Shown piece by piece: positions 25,548-36,403 of a DNA stretch of 40,076 nucleotides. The stretch is from a virus. Its lineage: Duplodnaviria; Caudoviricetes. The DNA is taken from IMG/VR virus record IMGVR_UViG_3300045457_000281, positions 1 to 40,076 of that record; one strand, written 5' to 3'. Position 1 is the stretch's first letter. The number at the start of each line of letters is the position of its first letter. The translations under genes and the position numbers were made by a program. Under the pieces are notes generated by a model. It saw nothing but the letters and a program-made list of their open reading frames with translations. It was not told the origin of the DNA and searched no databases.

Positions 25548-27380
25548 GTGGATGTTTTTAAGGTTTTAACGACATTTAAGTTTGACATCGGTTCGGCAAT
25601 CCTTAATTCAGAAAAGCTTCAAAATGCTACCGATAAATTAAGTCAATCTGCTGCAAATGCATTAGCTAGCTATAAAGCTCTTGGAATTGGCATTGCTGGA
25701 TCATTTGGACTTGGAGTTGGTTCGTTAGCTGGGACAATTTATCAAGCAGTTACAGCCGCCGAAAAGTTTAATGAAGTTCAAGACGCAATGGCCAACATTA
25801 TAGGCCAAAATCAAGACCGATTTACTACAGATATTAAATCATTCAATACAAGACTTAGCATTTCTGCACAGCTTATGCAGGATCTTGCAAAAGCAGCAGA
25901 AGAATTTGCTTTGCCTCAAATGGAAATGTTGCAGCAGAGCAAATTGATGCTGCCTGTTCTTTTAAATTACGGAGTACAGGGAAAGCAGTTTCAAAACGTT
26001 ATTGATATTTCTCGGGGTCTTTTAAAATCTGCTCCAATTTTAGGCTTAGATGCGGGTGATGTACAAGGTCAATTGCTCCGCGCTTTACAAGGTGGCGCTT
26101 CTATTAGTGATCCGTTATTTCGAGCGTTAGCGTCTGAAACAAAGGCATTTCAAAAATTTAAGGGCAAAGACGTTACGAGAATGTTTAATGTTTTGCCAAT
26201 TGTGGAGCGAGTTGAATTATTGAGACAAGGATTGTTGCAATTCGGAAGTGATTCCGAGTTTCTTGCAAGACAAGTAAAAACATTAAGATTTCAATCACAG
26301 CAATTAAAAAACACACTTTTTGGTTTAAATGGAATCATGATGAAAATGGGCGGAATAATTCGGGAAACGCTCATCAATGCTTTCATGTACGTCAATAAAA
26401 CCTTAGAAACGCATGGCAGAACTTTAGTTGATATTGCCGTTCAATTTAGTGGAAAAGCACTGACAAATCCCAGGGACTTTTTAATCGATTTATTATCTCT
26501 TAGTAAAATTGGTGAAACATTAAAATTTGCTGGGACAGTAGCGCAAATTATTACGTTTTTAGAGATCTTACAATATATACCAAAAGTCGGCAATTTTGTC
26601 CGACCGGCAATGAAAGCAATAACAACTTATTTGCTAGGATTCTTAAACATTTCAGTGCTTTTGAATCGCGTAGTCAAAGCCTTCAAATTTATTGTGCCAG
26701 CATTGAAATTTGTATTTACAAGACTTTTACCGATTGTCTCGGTTTTTGTAGTTTTATTCCAAATGCTTCAAAAAGCTCGAGCGATTGGTAAAGTTCGAGA
26801 CTTGGAAGCACTTCCCGAAGCCTTAGCAAAATTAGCTACTGCTGCTCAAAATATCCTATTTGCTTTGCAACCATTAGTAGCACCGTTAAAAGCAGTCTGG
26901 AATTTTTTAACAAATACTCTGGCATGGGTTTTTGAGTTTAGTATGTATGCGACTGGATTAGCCTACATTCTTAATGGGTTGGCCCAAGGTTTTATGGTTT
27001 TGGGCAAAGGCATTATTATCATGGAAGCTGGCCTAAGAGGCTTTTTCACAATGCTCATTGGTTTTATCGATCAATTATTTAAATTCGTCACATTTCAAGG
27101 CGGATTTAGTTTTCAAAAGTTTATTGACGATTATCAAGCTGGCATTGATGACGTATTCAGAGAAAACAGAGAGTATTTGTTTGGATCATTACAAGATTTA
27201 AGTAAAGCGCCTATTGCACAAATGACGACAAACATTGGTGAAGTAAACATCAATCAAAATTTCAAAGAGGCTCAAGATCCGGATCGAATTGCTTTTACGG
27301 TCCAGCAGGCTTTGGTCAAAATTGCTCAAAATCCTACTCAAGCCGTTAATCGAGCCTACCCGATTGGATTAGCACCATGA
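25548..27380 (+). CDS. Tape measure protein
   Basis: 610-aa helical protein with hydrophobic C-terminal half; after chaperones. Confidence 0.85.
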   Translation: MDVFKVLTTFKFDIGSAILNSEKLQNATDKLSQSAANALASYKALGIGIAGSFGLGVGSLAGTIYQAVTAAEKFNEVQDAMANIIGQNQDRFTTDIKSFNTRLSISAQLMQDLAKAAEEFALPQMEMLQQSKLMLPVLLNYGVQGKQFQNVIDISRGLLKSAPILGLDAGDVQGQLLRALQGGASISDPLFRALASETKAFQKFKGKDVTRMFNVLPIVERVELLRQGLLQFGSDSEFLARQVKTLRFQSQQLKNTLFGLNGIMMKMGGIIRETLINAFMYVNKTLETHGRTLVDIAVQFSGKALTNPRDFLIDLLSLSKIGETLKFAGTVAQIITFLEILQYIPKVGNFVRPAMKAITTYLLGFLNISVLLNRVVKAFKFIVPALKFVFTRLLPIVSVFVVLFQMLQKARAIGKVRDLEALPEALAKLATAAQNILFALQPLVAPLKAVWNFLTNTLAWVFEFSMYATGLAYILNGLAQGFMVLGKGIIIMEAGLRGFFTMLIGFIDQLFKFVTFQGGFSFQKFIDDYQAGIDDVFRENREYLFGSLQDLSKAPIAQMTTNIGEVNINQNFKEAQDPDRIAFTVQQALVKIAQNPTQAVNRAYPIGLAP

Positions 27381-28525
27381 GTTTATTAAGAACAATTTCA
27401 CAGGGACAAACCTCAGTTGATCGAATTGCCGAAAAGATTCGCAGTCCATTTGATCTACAATTAACAATTAGTGAAAAGAAACAAGATTTTGCCGGCGGAT
27501 TTGTCATTACTCCAGTTGATCTTAATGGGCAGTTTCGATTTGACGAACAAATCAGACTTATTGGTAATCAGATGCCGCACATTCCTTTTGAGGGATTGGG
27601 TGGAGATCAGCGCGTTGTTAAGGAATACTACCCAGGAAATGATGAAGCATCGGTTCAGGTACTAGGTCCAGAAGAGCCGGATTTTTCTATTAAAGGTATT
27701 CTGACAGATAAAAGATTAAAAGACCCTGCATTATATGGCGCTAGTTATGAGCTTGCAGAATTGATCGACAAATATCGTTTTGAGGGTCGTCTTCTTAAAT
27801 TGCAAATGGGCGAATGGGTTCGGTACGGACATATTAAATCATGCCGTTTTCCCATGAAAACATTGGGTCATTTAGAATATCAAATTACTTTTTCGATTAC
27901 TGGTTTTAATCTTCCAACAAATCGAAACTTTCTTGATTCAATTAAAGAAAGCCCGTTTACGATCAATGCTCAATTATTGACTGAATTGGAAGCGCAACAA
28001 ATAGCGAATCAAACAAAGCCAGTTGCAGTAAAACAAAATATATTTGAGTCATTTAGCGGTTTATTTAATCAATATGTTGCGGGACCGATCAGCGCCGTTA
28101 TCAATTTTGTAGACGCTATATTTGATGCAAAAAAGCAAGCTGAGGATTCAGTCGATCAAATTCGAGGATTGTTAAGATCAGCAAGAGGCAATTTAGCTAG
28201 ATTTCATAGGCAAATTGGTGCGAATCCTTATAAAGATACAAGCGTTTCAGTTGAACAAGAAATTGCGACAGCTAATTTTTTAGCAACTCGCAGAAGCGAA
28301 ACATATAAACTAACTGATTTATTAGTACAATATGAAGGCCTGATTGAGACTCTAAAATCATCGATTCCGTTGCGGAGGCATTTGGTCAAGCAAGATGAAA
28401 CTCTGCAAAAGCTGGCGGTTCAGTATTATAATGATGCGTCTCTTTGGAATAAAATTTATGAACACAATGATTTAACAACCACTGTGTTGGATGCGGGCAT
28501 GATTTTGGAGATTCCTAGACTGTGA
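27377..28525 (+). CDS. Baseplate/tail-tube initiator with C-terminal LysM domain
   Basis: HLVKQDETLQKLAVQYYNDASLWNKIYEHNDL...LEIP. Confidence 0.8.
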   Translation: MSLLRTISQGQTSVDRIAEKIRSPFDLQLTISEKKQDFAGGFVITPVDLNGQFRFDEQIRLIGNQMPHIPFEGLGGDQRVVKEYYPGNDEASVQVLGPEEPDFSIKGILTDKRLKDPALYGASYELAELIDKYRFEGRLLKLQMGEWVRYGHIKSCRFPMKTLGHLEYQITFSITGFNLPTNRNFLDSIKESPFTINAQLLTELEAQQIANQTKPVAVKQNIFESFSGLFNQYVAGPISAVINFVDAIFDAKKQAEDSVDQIRGLLRSARGNLARFHRQIGANPYKDTSVSVEQEIATANFLATRRSETYKLTDLLVQYEGLIETLKSSIPLRRHLVKQDETLQKLAVQYYNDASLWNKIYEHNDLTTTVLDAGMILEIPRL

Positions 28526-29922
28526 GTTTATATTACCCACAAGCTGGAATTAGGCTTCGCATTACTTGGGAAGACTTTGGGACAAATGATCCATTATTAA
28601 AAGAAGTAACAACCATTGAGTGTCGTCCTAAAGAAGTGACCGTTAATTTCAATGATTACACAGAAGCAGACAAATTCTCAGCCACATTAGACTATCGTGA
28701 TTTTCCATTTGATCCGAGAAGCATACGAGCGATGGGTGTCACTATTTATATAGATGACATGAAAGCCTTGTATCAAAACAATCAAAAGGTAAACATTCAA
28801 GGTATCTCCAATAACACAGATTCCAACATTGTGTTTCTTGGTTTTGCTGACGAAGAATCGATCGAATTAAATGATAATTCACGAACCGTCCGATTTGAAG
28901 GACGAGATTTTACAAGTCTTTTATTAGACGCGCCTTATATTTCAAGGCCTCTTTTGATGACAGAGCCCATCGATGTTATCTTTCAAAACCTTTTGAGAGA
29001 GTTGCCAGCGACAAAAGCAATTACAGTCGAAAATAGAACAGGTGCGCCTTTGCCGGTATTGGCAAAATTTGCACCGACAACAAGTGAAACATCGGGCAAA
29101 AGAAACACCAGAAAATCTGAAAATTATTGGTCTGTGATTCAAGATTTGGCATCCAAGGCTGGATTGATTGCTTATATAGAATTAGACAAGCTCGTTATTA
29201 CTAAGCCAAGGGCGCTATACAGCAAGGAACAAGCTAAACAATTTATCTATGGAAAGAATTTATCTAATCTTTCTTTTAAAAGAGAGCTTGGCAGAATTAA
29301 GGGATTCAATGTTCAGGTCAGATCTTTAGACCTACGAAATAAAGAGGTCATGGAAGTAAAAATTCCGGAAGAGGCTAGTGAGGAATGGGCTAAAAGCATT
29401 GGGATTCCATTACAAAGAATTAAGATAGAAAAGCTAGACTCATCCGGACAAAAAACGGAAGAAGAAGCTCCATTTCTAAATTTCCTAGTTCCTGATATTA
29501 CAAACAGAAATCAGTTAATAGCGATTGGCGAAAAGATCTTTGAGGAACTTAGCCGGCAACAAATCGAAGGTTCATTACAAACCAAAGAAATGGTTGTTAC
29601 CTATGGAACCGCAGATAATCCCGTTGAATTTGATATTACAAAGCTTAGAAATGGGACGCCTTTATTGGTGGAAATTGCCGATGAAAGGCAGTTAGCACAA
29701 CTAAGACGTGAAAAAAGCGTAAGCCAAAGAGCCAAAGCTTTAGTCGATATTGGCTATGATAAAAAGCTGGCCTATGTCGTGGCAGTTGCTTTAGGCAAAT
29801 TTAATGCGGTTTTCTATACCAAATCAGTCGAATTTAGCCTGAGTCAAACATCGGGATTTCAGTGCAATATCGAATTTGTAAACTTTATTGAGCTTCCAAA
29901 AGGTCTTGGGGGACGGCAATAA
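28522..29922 (+). CDS. Baseplate hub (gpD/Mu gp44-like)
   Basis: EGRDFTSLLLD motif; synteny. Confidence 0.75.
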   Translation: MSLYYPQAGIRLRITWEDFGTNDPLLKEVTTIECRPKEVTVNFNDYTEADKFSATLDYRDFPFDPRSIRAMGVTIYIDDMKALYQNNQKVNIQGISNNTDSNIVFLGFADEESIELNDNSRTVRFEGRDFTSLLLDAPYISRPLLMTEPIDVIFQNLLRELPATKAITVENRTGAPLPVLAKFAPTTSETSGKRNTRKSENYWSVIQDLASKAGLIAYIELDKLVITKPRALYSKEQAKQFIYGKNLSNLSFKRELGRIKGFNVQVRSLDLRNKEVMEVKIPEEASEEWAKSIGIPLQRIKIEKLDSSGQKTEEEAPFLNFLVPDITNRNQLIAIGEKIFEELSRQQIEGSLQTKEMVVTYGTADNPVEFDITKLRNGTPLLVEIADERQLAQLRREKSVSQRAKALVDIGYDKKLAYVVAVALGKFNAVFYTKSVEFSLSQTSGFQCNIEFVNFIELPKGLGGRQ

Positions 29923-30545
29923 TGGCAAGGCGAGCACAACTAGAGGTATTGCGAGACATTCTCTCAGACAAAAGAACGCACATTTGCATTGGCAAAATCG
30001 TAAAGTTAGACCTGGTTTCAGATCGAAGTGAGCTTAGGGTAGAGCTGCAAATATGGCCGGAAAAAGTTGGTGCAGTTGCGAGAATGTCATGGGATCAAGT
30101 TGGCCCCGATAGTGGGGTATTTGGTTTTCCCGCAGTTAATGATTTGGTTTTAGTGGCGGCAGTCGATGGCAATTTCGATCAGCTTTATGTGATAAAAAGG
30201 CTTTCTACGCCCACGGATAGTATTCCTATTCAAGCAACTGACGGTTCGACGGTCATGAAATCTTTGGCTGGCAAAAAGGTAAAGATTCATTCCGATACCC
30301 GGATCAATCTGGCGAGGGAGTATTCTGACACAAATAGTCAAATCGATGAGCCGATTGTTCTGGGAAAAACGTTTAAAGAACATCAAAGCCGGGTGCTTCA
30401 AGAGCTATCTGTGCATAAACATCTTTGTTTACCCCCGGGTTATTATTCCATTGTGCCTGATAATGCGGCACAATTTACGAGTGAGAAGGCTTCACCAATT
30501 GATGATGGAGCCGTTTTAAGTGATTTGGTTTTTACTGAGAAATAG
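29922..30545 (+). CDS. Baseplate central spike (gpV/gp45-like)
   Basis: OB-fold FPAVNDLVLVA; HKH metal motif near the C-terminus. Confidence 0.8.
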   Translation: MARRAQLEVLRDILSDKRTHICIGKIVKLDLVSDRSELRVELQIWPEKVGAVARMSWDQVGPDSGVFGFPAVNDLVLVAAVDGNFDQLYVIKRLSTPTDSIPIQATDGSTVMKSLAGKKVKIHSDTRINLAREYSDTNSQIDEPIVLGKTFKEHQSRVLQELSVHKHLCLPPGYYSIVPDNAAQFTSEKASPIDDGAVLSDLVFTEK

Positions 30546-30553
30546 GGAAATTT

Positions 30554-30796
30554 ATGCCTTTAACCTCATCCACGCTAAAAACTCTGATTGAACAAAAGAT
30601 CATTGCAGAATTTGGATCAGTGGGAAGTAGTGTAGAAATAACACCGGAAGAGGCATTTGAAAGGCATAGTCGAGCAATTGCAAAAGCAGTGACCGCATGG
30701 ATTGCTTCAAATGGATCTCTTTCGGTGAGCGTAACGGGTGTGACTCCCGGCACTGGGGTTGCCTCTGGAAGTTTAACGGCGGTTGATAATTTATGA
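30554..30796 (+). CDS. Small baseplate/spike-associated protein
   Basis: Synteny between spike and gp25-like gene. Confidence 0.5.
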   Translation: MPLTSSTLKTLIEQKIIAEFGSVGSSVEITPEEAFERHSRAIAKAVTAWIASNGSLSVSVTGVTPGTGVASGSLTAVDNL

Positions 30797-31200
30797 GTAT
30801 TGCAGATCAACTTTTATTGAATGATATTGAGCACTTATCAGATATGACCACCATAAATAATGGTTTCAAAACTGTAAGTGGATTGGCCAATCTGAAATTA
30901 GCTTTATTGCATAGATTAGTCACAAGACCTGGAAGCTTGGCGCATCGGCCTGATTATGGCGTTGGAATTAGTGATTTTCAAAATGCTGTAAACACATTGG
31001 ATAATCAACGATTGATAGCTACTCGAATTGCTGAAAATTTTCGCAGAGATCCTCGCGTTCAGTCGGTTGAGTCTGTTTCAATTATTCCTAACGCAGATCC
31101 AAGTATGGTAAAAATTCATGTAAAAGTTATCGCAATTGGGCGACAAGAGGCGATTGAAGCGGTTTTTGTCCCATTTAGTGAGGGGATTCAAATAGGATGA
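30793..31200 (+). CDS. Baseplate wedge gp25/gpW-like protein
   Basis: TRPGSLAHRPDYG, DPRV motifs. Confidence 0.85.
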   Translation: MSIADQLLLNDIEHLSDMTTINNGFKTVSGLANLKLALLHRLVTRPGSLAHRPDYGVGISDFQNAVNTLDNQRLIATRIAENFRRDPRVQSVESVSIIPNADPSMVKIHVKVIAIGRQEAIEAVFVPFSEGIQIG

Positions 31201-32357
31201 GTAACGACGTTAAAAGTATTGAAGAACTTATTCAGCTTTATTTTCAAGAGCTTCAAAATCAAAACCCTGACTTGAGTGATACAACGGAAGGATCGATCAT
31301 CGATCAGCTTGCCGGTGTTACAGCTCTCGCAGTGGATGAAGCCAATAAGCTGACGATTCAAAAATTTGCAGCAACAAACTTTTTAACCGCCGAGGGCCAG
31401 GATCTTGAAAACTTGGCCGTCGATCATTTTGGATCGGCCTTCGCTAGACCAGGCGCCGTCAAGGCTACCGGCTCGGTAACATTTGGTCGGCCCAATACGA
31501 GCGCTGGCACAGTCGTCATTCCTGCCGGAACGATTGTCAGAACTCAAACCACAGCAACGGGATCAAGCATTCAATTTGAAACTACTGCTGAAGTAACAAT
31601 GACAGGGGTTTCTATTGGTGCATCTATTAGAGCTTTGGTCGAAGGCACTGGCGGAAATGTTCTCGCCAATAAGATCGTCGTTATTGAAAGCACACTGACA
31701 GATCCGACTATCGTCGTAAACAATCCAAATCCGACATCGGGAGGTTCTGCTGAAGAAACCGATGCGGAGTATCGAGAAACCATTTTACAGCTTTTGACCT
31801 CTCTATCTGGGGCGACTAAAGAAGCCGTTGAGGAAGCTGCAAAATCGGTAGCTGGGATTGAGACTGCCGTCTTAGTTGAAACGTATAACAAGGTTTCAGA
31901 AATCTCACCTACCGGATCTTTGATCGGCGATCCGTTCTACACAACCAAATCGAGTCTCTATGTGGGAGATGTTAACGGCAATGCTTCAAGCGCCCAGATT
32001 GCTGAAGTCAGAACTGCCATTGATCCTGTGCGAGCCGCAGGCGTTCAGATTACTATTCTCTCAGGAGCCACAGAGCCCATGGATTGGATTGCTAGTATTT
32101 CGCTCAATCCATCGGGACCTAATTTCTCTGAACTAGCAAGCGATCCCCAGCGCATTATTGAAAGCATGACAAACTATGTGAACAGTCTTTTGCCTGGTGA
32201 TGATTTTGTTGTGGCTTCAGCAAACGCCGCAATCATGACAATTTGGGGGCCTTCGGGATCGAATGATCTTATCTCGTTTACGACATCAACGCCCAGTGGA
32301 AACATTGTAACAGCAGTAAACCAAAAGCTTTTAGCGAACACAGTGGACATTGTGTAA
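31197..32357 (+). CDS. Baseplate J-like protein
   Basis: TAEGQDLENLA, GGSAEETDAEYR, VRAAGV motifs. Confidence 0.9.
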   Translation: MSNDVKSIEELIQLYFQELQNQNPDLSDTTEGSIIDQLAGVTALAVDEANKLTIQKFAATNFLTAEGQDLENLAVDHFGSAFARPGAVKATGSVTFGRPNTSAGTVVIPAGTIVRTQTTATGSSIQFETTAEVTMTGVSIGASIRALVEGTGGNVLANKIVVIESTLTDPTIVVNNPNPTSGGSAEETDAEYRETILQLLTSLSGATKEAVEEAAKSVAGIETAVLVETYNKVSEISPTGSLIGDPFYTTKSSLYVGDVNGNASSAQIAEVRTAIDPVRAAGVQITILSGATEPMDWIASISLNPSGPNFSELASDPQRIIESMTNYVNSLLPGDDFVVASANAAIMTIWGPSGSNDLISFTTSTPSGNIVTAVNQKLLANTVDIV

Positions 32358-34003
32358 TGGCGAATGAGATTCAAAAGTTAGAGTTTAGCAAAGTGCCTTT
32401 AAGTGGTTCATTTACTTTTACTTTTGATGGGCAAACTACGGCGCCAATAGATCATCACGCAACGGCCATCAGTATACAATCCGCTCTCGAAAATCTTAGC
32501 AACGTAGGCATTGGAAATGTCATCGTCACAGGATCTTTCGCCAGTGGCTTTACGATTGAATTCGTGAATGCCTTAGCCGATATTGATCATCCAGAAATCA
32601 CAGTGACTTCCAATACAATGGTTGCCGGAATTCCTGTCACATTGACCTATGGAACTCAAATAGTGGCTGGTTCGTTTGCCTATTCAGCATTAGGAACGGG
32701 GCCAGCGGCAACACTGCCGATTGCAAACATTTCCGCAGCAACTGTTTGGAATAATAAATTGGTGGTTGCTGGATTGTTTGAATCCATCAATGGAGTGCCA
32801 GCAAAATCTATTGCGATGTGGGACGGAAATGATTGGTTCGCCATTGACCATCCAATGACATATTCCTCACCATTGTTTCTGACTCTTGAGTCATACAATG
32901 GGGATCTTTATGTCGGTGGGGCTTTTACATTTACATGGAACAGCGTTTCGATCACTGGCATTGCTCGATGGGATGGCGTTGATTGGCACCGCTTAGGAAT
33001 TGGTATTACTGCAACAGCTAGCCAGACAGGTGCTCAGGTTCATTGTATGCAAGTTTGGAATGGAGAACTGTATTTTGGTGGCCGATTCTGCAAGCCTGGA
33101 ACTCTCGATCAATTAAACATTCAAAAATATGACAGCACGACCAACACAATTAACAATGTCGCCAATGGAATGAATTTAGCTGCTGTCAGCGGATACACAA
33201 TTCCTCAAATGATCGTTCGCTCACTTTGTTTGTTTGATGATGGATCAGGCGAAAAATTATATGTAAGCGGTTTATTTTCAGGCGCTTTAACGTCTGGACC
33301 ATCGCCGTTATTGATGGCCAACACACGAGCGATTTGTCGATTTGACGGTACTGATTTCCAAGCCATTTATGACAGTGGGTCAGTGTTTACATTTTCTGCT
33401 GGCGTAATCAATGGCATTCAAAGTTTGGCGGTTTATAACAATCAACTTCATTTATCAGGCAACTTTTTTGAATCGGCCTCTGGAGCTGGTCATTTAGCTC
33501 AATGGAATCCTGGTCAACCCGCCGCTACATTGTTTACGGATCTTTTTGATCCGACAACTTTTGGGCTTCCCACAACAATCGTTTTGAATGAAATGGCAGC
33601 GATTGAAAATAAGCTTTATTTGGGCCGGTCTGGAAGCGGAACAACACCAAGCTTTTTTGTTTATGATGGAACTTCTGTCAGCTTGGAAGCAGGCGGAGCC
33701 AATAACGGGATTGAGATTTTAAAAAGCCTTACGTTTTTAAGTAAGCCGGTTCTTATTGTAGGTGGTTATTTTACCATGCTTGATTCACAAAGCATTAACC
33801 GATTAGCCATCTACCAAAGCACGGATGAAATTCATCGCACGATTGAATTTAGTGACGTGCCTGTGACTGGTTCGTATCGATTGATTTACGATGGACAACA
33901 AACAATACCAATCGAATTTGATGCAACATCTGCCGAAGTTCAAAGTGCCTTAGAAGCATTAACAACAATCGGATCAGGTAACGTTGCGGTGGGGGATCTC
34001 TAA
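32357..34003 (+). CDS. Baseplate-associated beta-propeller protein flanked by two EIQ-type repeat domains
   Basis: LYVGG.F / WDG..W blades; N-terminal domain repeated at the C-terminus. Confidence 0.7.
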   Translation: MANEIQKLEFSKVPLSGSFTFTFDGQTTAPIDHHATAISIQSALENLSNVGIGNVIVTGSFASGFTIEFVNALADIDHPEITVTSNTMVAGIPVTLTYGTQIVAGSFAYSALGTGPAATLPIANISAATVWNNKLVVAGLFESINGVPAKSIAMWDGNDWFAIDHPMTYSSPLFLTLESYNGDLYVGGAFTFTWNSVSITGIARWDGVDWHRLGIGITATASQTGAQVHCMQVWNGELYFGGRFCKPGTLDQLNIQKYDSTTNTINNVANGMNLAAVSGYTIPQMIVRSLCLFDDGSGEKLYVSGLFSGALTSGPSPLLMANTRAICRFDGTDFQAIYDSGSVFTFSAGVINGIQSLAVYNNQLHLSGNFFESASGAGHLAQWNPGQPAATLFTDLFDPTTFGLPTTIVLNEMAAIENKLYLGRSGSGTTPSFFVYDGTSVSLEAGGANNGIEILKSLTFLSKPVLIVGGYFTMLDSQSINRLAIYQSTDEIHRTIEFSDVPVTGSYRLIYDGQQTIPIEFDATSAEVQSALEALTTIGSGNVAVGDL

Positions 34004-34689
34004 TGCCTTTGGGTGGCGGTGGTTTTGACATTGAATTACTTAATGCGCTGGCTTCTCAAAACCCAGCGAACTTGTCTGATACGGACAATTCGATGGAAGC
34101 GCTTGATAGTTCGCCTATTACAATTACGCCATCGACTATTCAACAAGGTGCGGTTGAAATTGATCCCCAAGTGGATGCCTGGTATCTGCGGTTAAAGTCC
34201 TGGGTGCCTGCTTGGTTCTGGGAAAAGGAAGAAGTCAACAAAGCTCATTTTATGGCTCTGGCTCATTTGCTTTGGGCTCATGAACAGGCAACTTTGGAGA
34301 AGGTCAGTCAGACATTTGTGATGCAGGCTGAGGGCCGTTATCTTGATCATTTGGCAAAAGAGATGGGTTATACCCGACTTCCCGGGGAGACAGATGCGGA
34401 ATTAAGAGACCGCATTCGATCGGTCACCAATGATGTCAATAGACCCGCCTTAGAACTCATTATTCAAAACATTGCCGGGGCGACATTTAAGTTTTTTGAA
34501 TGGGAAACCGATTCTAGTTTTTTTAATCGAGGAACGTTTTTAGACACGGGCATTTTAACGACAGCCCCTAACACATCGAGATTCTGGATTTTTCTTCAAA
34601 GCTCGGTCAATTTTGAGGCTGTCTATAATGCGTTAATACAATCAAAGGCGGCTGGAACAAGTTTCGTTTTGGTTGAATCCGCAACGTGA
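34003..34689 (+). CDS. Baseplate wedge gpI-like protein
   Basis: AEGRYLDHLA...RLPGETDAELRDRI, KAAGT. Confidence 0.7.
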   Translation: MPLGGGGFDIELLNALASQNPANLSDTDNSMEALDSSPITITPSTIQQGAVEIDPQVDAWYLRLKSWVPAWFWEKEEVNKAHFMALAHLLWAHEQATLEKVSQTFVMQAEGRYLDHLAKEMGYTRLPGETDAELRDRIRSVTNDVNRPALELIIQNIAGATFKFFEWETDSSFFNRGTFLDTGILTTAPNTSRFWIFLQSSVNFEAVYNALIQSKAAGTSFVLVESAT

Positions 34690-34704
34690 TAGGCTGGGGG
34701 CTGT

Positions 34705-35892
34705 ATGAAGAGAGTTAATTTTACCGAAGGCATGGAATTAGTCGTAGGTGACATGAATAAAATGGTCACCTTGGCCGAACAAAATTTGCAAGATCAGCTT
34801 TTGAAACAGCTATTTCAAAATCAAAGCGATCTTGTTTTTAATGATTCTTTTAAAGTTCTTCGCAATAGCAATACGAGCGTTGATGTTTCAGCCGGACTTG
34901 GTTGGTTATTTCAAACCCAACTTGATCCAGCGGAAGCAGAAAACAGAATGGTCTATTTGGCATCAGATGCCAGTTTCACAATCACGCCAGATGCGACCAA
35001 TCCTCGAATTGATTTAGTGTGTATTGAGCCGGCAATGCTCGATGCCGATACCGAGAATCGAAGAATAAAAGCTTCTGACTTCGGCGCTATTCTCAATGAG
35101 AGTCGAGTCGTCACAAAACAATACGGCGCTAATGTTCAGGTTATAACGGGTACACCTGCCGCAAGTCCTGTAGCCCCCTCTGTTCCTACTGGATTTGTAA
35201 AGATTGCTGAAATCTATGTGACGGCGGTCACGGGTGTGGTCAATCAGGCAGCGATTACTGATACTCGAAATGCTTTGAGCAAATTGTCTGAAGATTTTTC
35301 AGAGTTTGCAAATGGCAGCACTATTGGATCACCGACAAATGGCAAAAAGCGCATTTGGTTAAAACAAGGCAATGAATTATTTTTGAGAGATTCATTAGGC
35401 TCTGATTTAAAGCTGAATCCAACTGCAAGCGAAACAGCGGCAGCGATGTCAGAAACCGATGCGAGAACCGTTTTAACGACTGCTAATAGAACGTTGACAG
35501 CCGGCAGCGGATTAACGGGCGGAGGAACGCTGGCAGATGATCGGACGTTTACGCTCGGAACTCCATCGACTTGTACAAGCTCAACTTCAAATACGGCCAC
35601 AGGAACAACTCACACACACACGATTTCATTAACCACGAACTACGTCTTGGATCGAGTGGCGGGAGGGGTTCAAAACCAACTTGGAACATATGCCATGGCT
35701 CGAATCACGAATAACGCAGTCATTTATCAATTTGGGGATTTGATTGCTGGCAGCGGTCTTTTGCCCTGTTCGGCCTCGGGAGAAATAAGCAGCTACGGCA
35801 GTTTGAGTGGTACTTGGAAATGTATGGGACATAGTGAATATGTGGCGGGTTCATTAGTTAGAGCGGCAACACTTTGGTTGAGGGTGGCATAA
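34705..35892 (+). CDS. Tail fibre protein
   Basis: NPRIDLV, GTPAASPVAPSVP, AGSGLTGGG, HTH, LSGTWKCMG...LWLRVA C-terminus. Confidence 0.8.
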   Translation: MKRVNFTEGMELVVGDMNKMVTLAEQNLQDQLLKQLFQNQSDLVFNDSFKVLRNSNTSVDVSAGLGWLFQTQLDPAEAENRMVYLASDASFTITPDATNPRIDLVCIEPAMLDADTENRRIKASDFGAILNESRVVTKQYGANVQVITGTPAASPVAPSVPTGFVKIAEIYVTAVTGVVNQAAITDTRNALSKLSEDFSEFANGSTIGSPTNGKKRIWLKQGNELFLRDSLGSDLKLNPTASETAAAMSETDARTVLTTANRTLTAGSGLTGGGTLADDRTFTLGTPSTCTSSTSNTATGTTHTHTISLTTNYVLDRVAGGVQNQLGTYAMARITNNAVIYQFGDLIAGSGLLPCSASGEISSYGSLSGTWKCMGHSEYVAGSLVRAATLWLRVA

Positions 35893-35893
35893 T

Positions 35894-36094
35894 ATGAGTA
35901 TTACTTTGATTTCAGCAAATAATCCTAAATGGGCAAATCCTGAAAAAACAAAAATTACATTAAATGTTGTCTTGAGTCATTTGGGATCAAATCCCGTTCC
36001 GTTTACTGCTGATGAAAATGATATTGAAGAACATAGTCGGATGATTTTTCAAGCTGCAAAGAATGGGCAGTTTGGACAAGTACAAAACGGATAG
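35894..36094 (+). CDS. Tail fibre assembly chaperone
   Basis: NPKWAN...VPFTA..D.E.H...G.FG pattern directly after the fibre. Confidence 0.7.
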   Translation: MSITLISANNPKWANPEKTKITLNVVLSHLGSNPVPFTADENDIEEHSRMIFQAAKNGQFGQVQNG

Positions 36095-36097
36095 CTT

Positions 36098-36403
36098 ATG
36101 GAAGCTCATGCAGTTATCACGTTTATTGCTTCCGGAGGCCTGTTCATTTTATTGTTTGGTTTTTTCTCTCAGAAATACTTTAGCCGCATTGAAGATCAGA
36201 TCAAAGGCTTGGAGTCAAAGATTGATCGGATGTTCAATGAGCTAAGTGGGTTTAAGGTTGACGTAGCAAAGACCGGGCTAGAAAATCTACGCAATGAATT
36301 AGATGAATCCAAGGAACGATTGCTACGTCTGGAATCAGCAGAGGAAAGACACTGGCAAACTCTTGAGCGTCTATCAACGAAACTAGAGAGGGGAAACTCA
36401 TGA
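36098..36403 (+). CDS. Single-TM coiled-coil lysis-module protein (holin/antiholin-like)
   Basis: N-terminal TM plus coiled coil. Confidence 0.55.
   Translation: MEAHAVITFIASGGLFILLFGFFSQKYFSRIEDQIKGLESKIDRMFNELSGFKVDVAKTGLENLRNELDESKERLLRLESAEERHWQTLERLSTKLERGNS

Noticed and set aside
34705-35892. Diversity-generating retroelement or invertible fibre cassette
   Set aside because: No reverse transcriptase or invertase, and I saw no second copy of the fibre 3' end.
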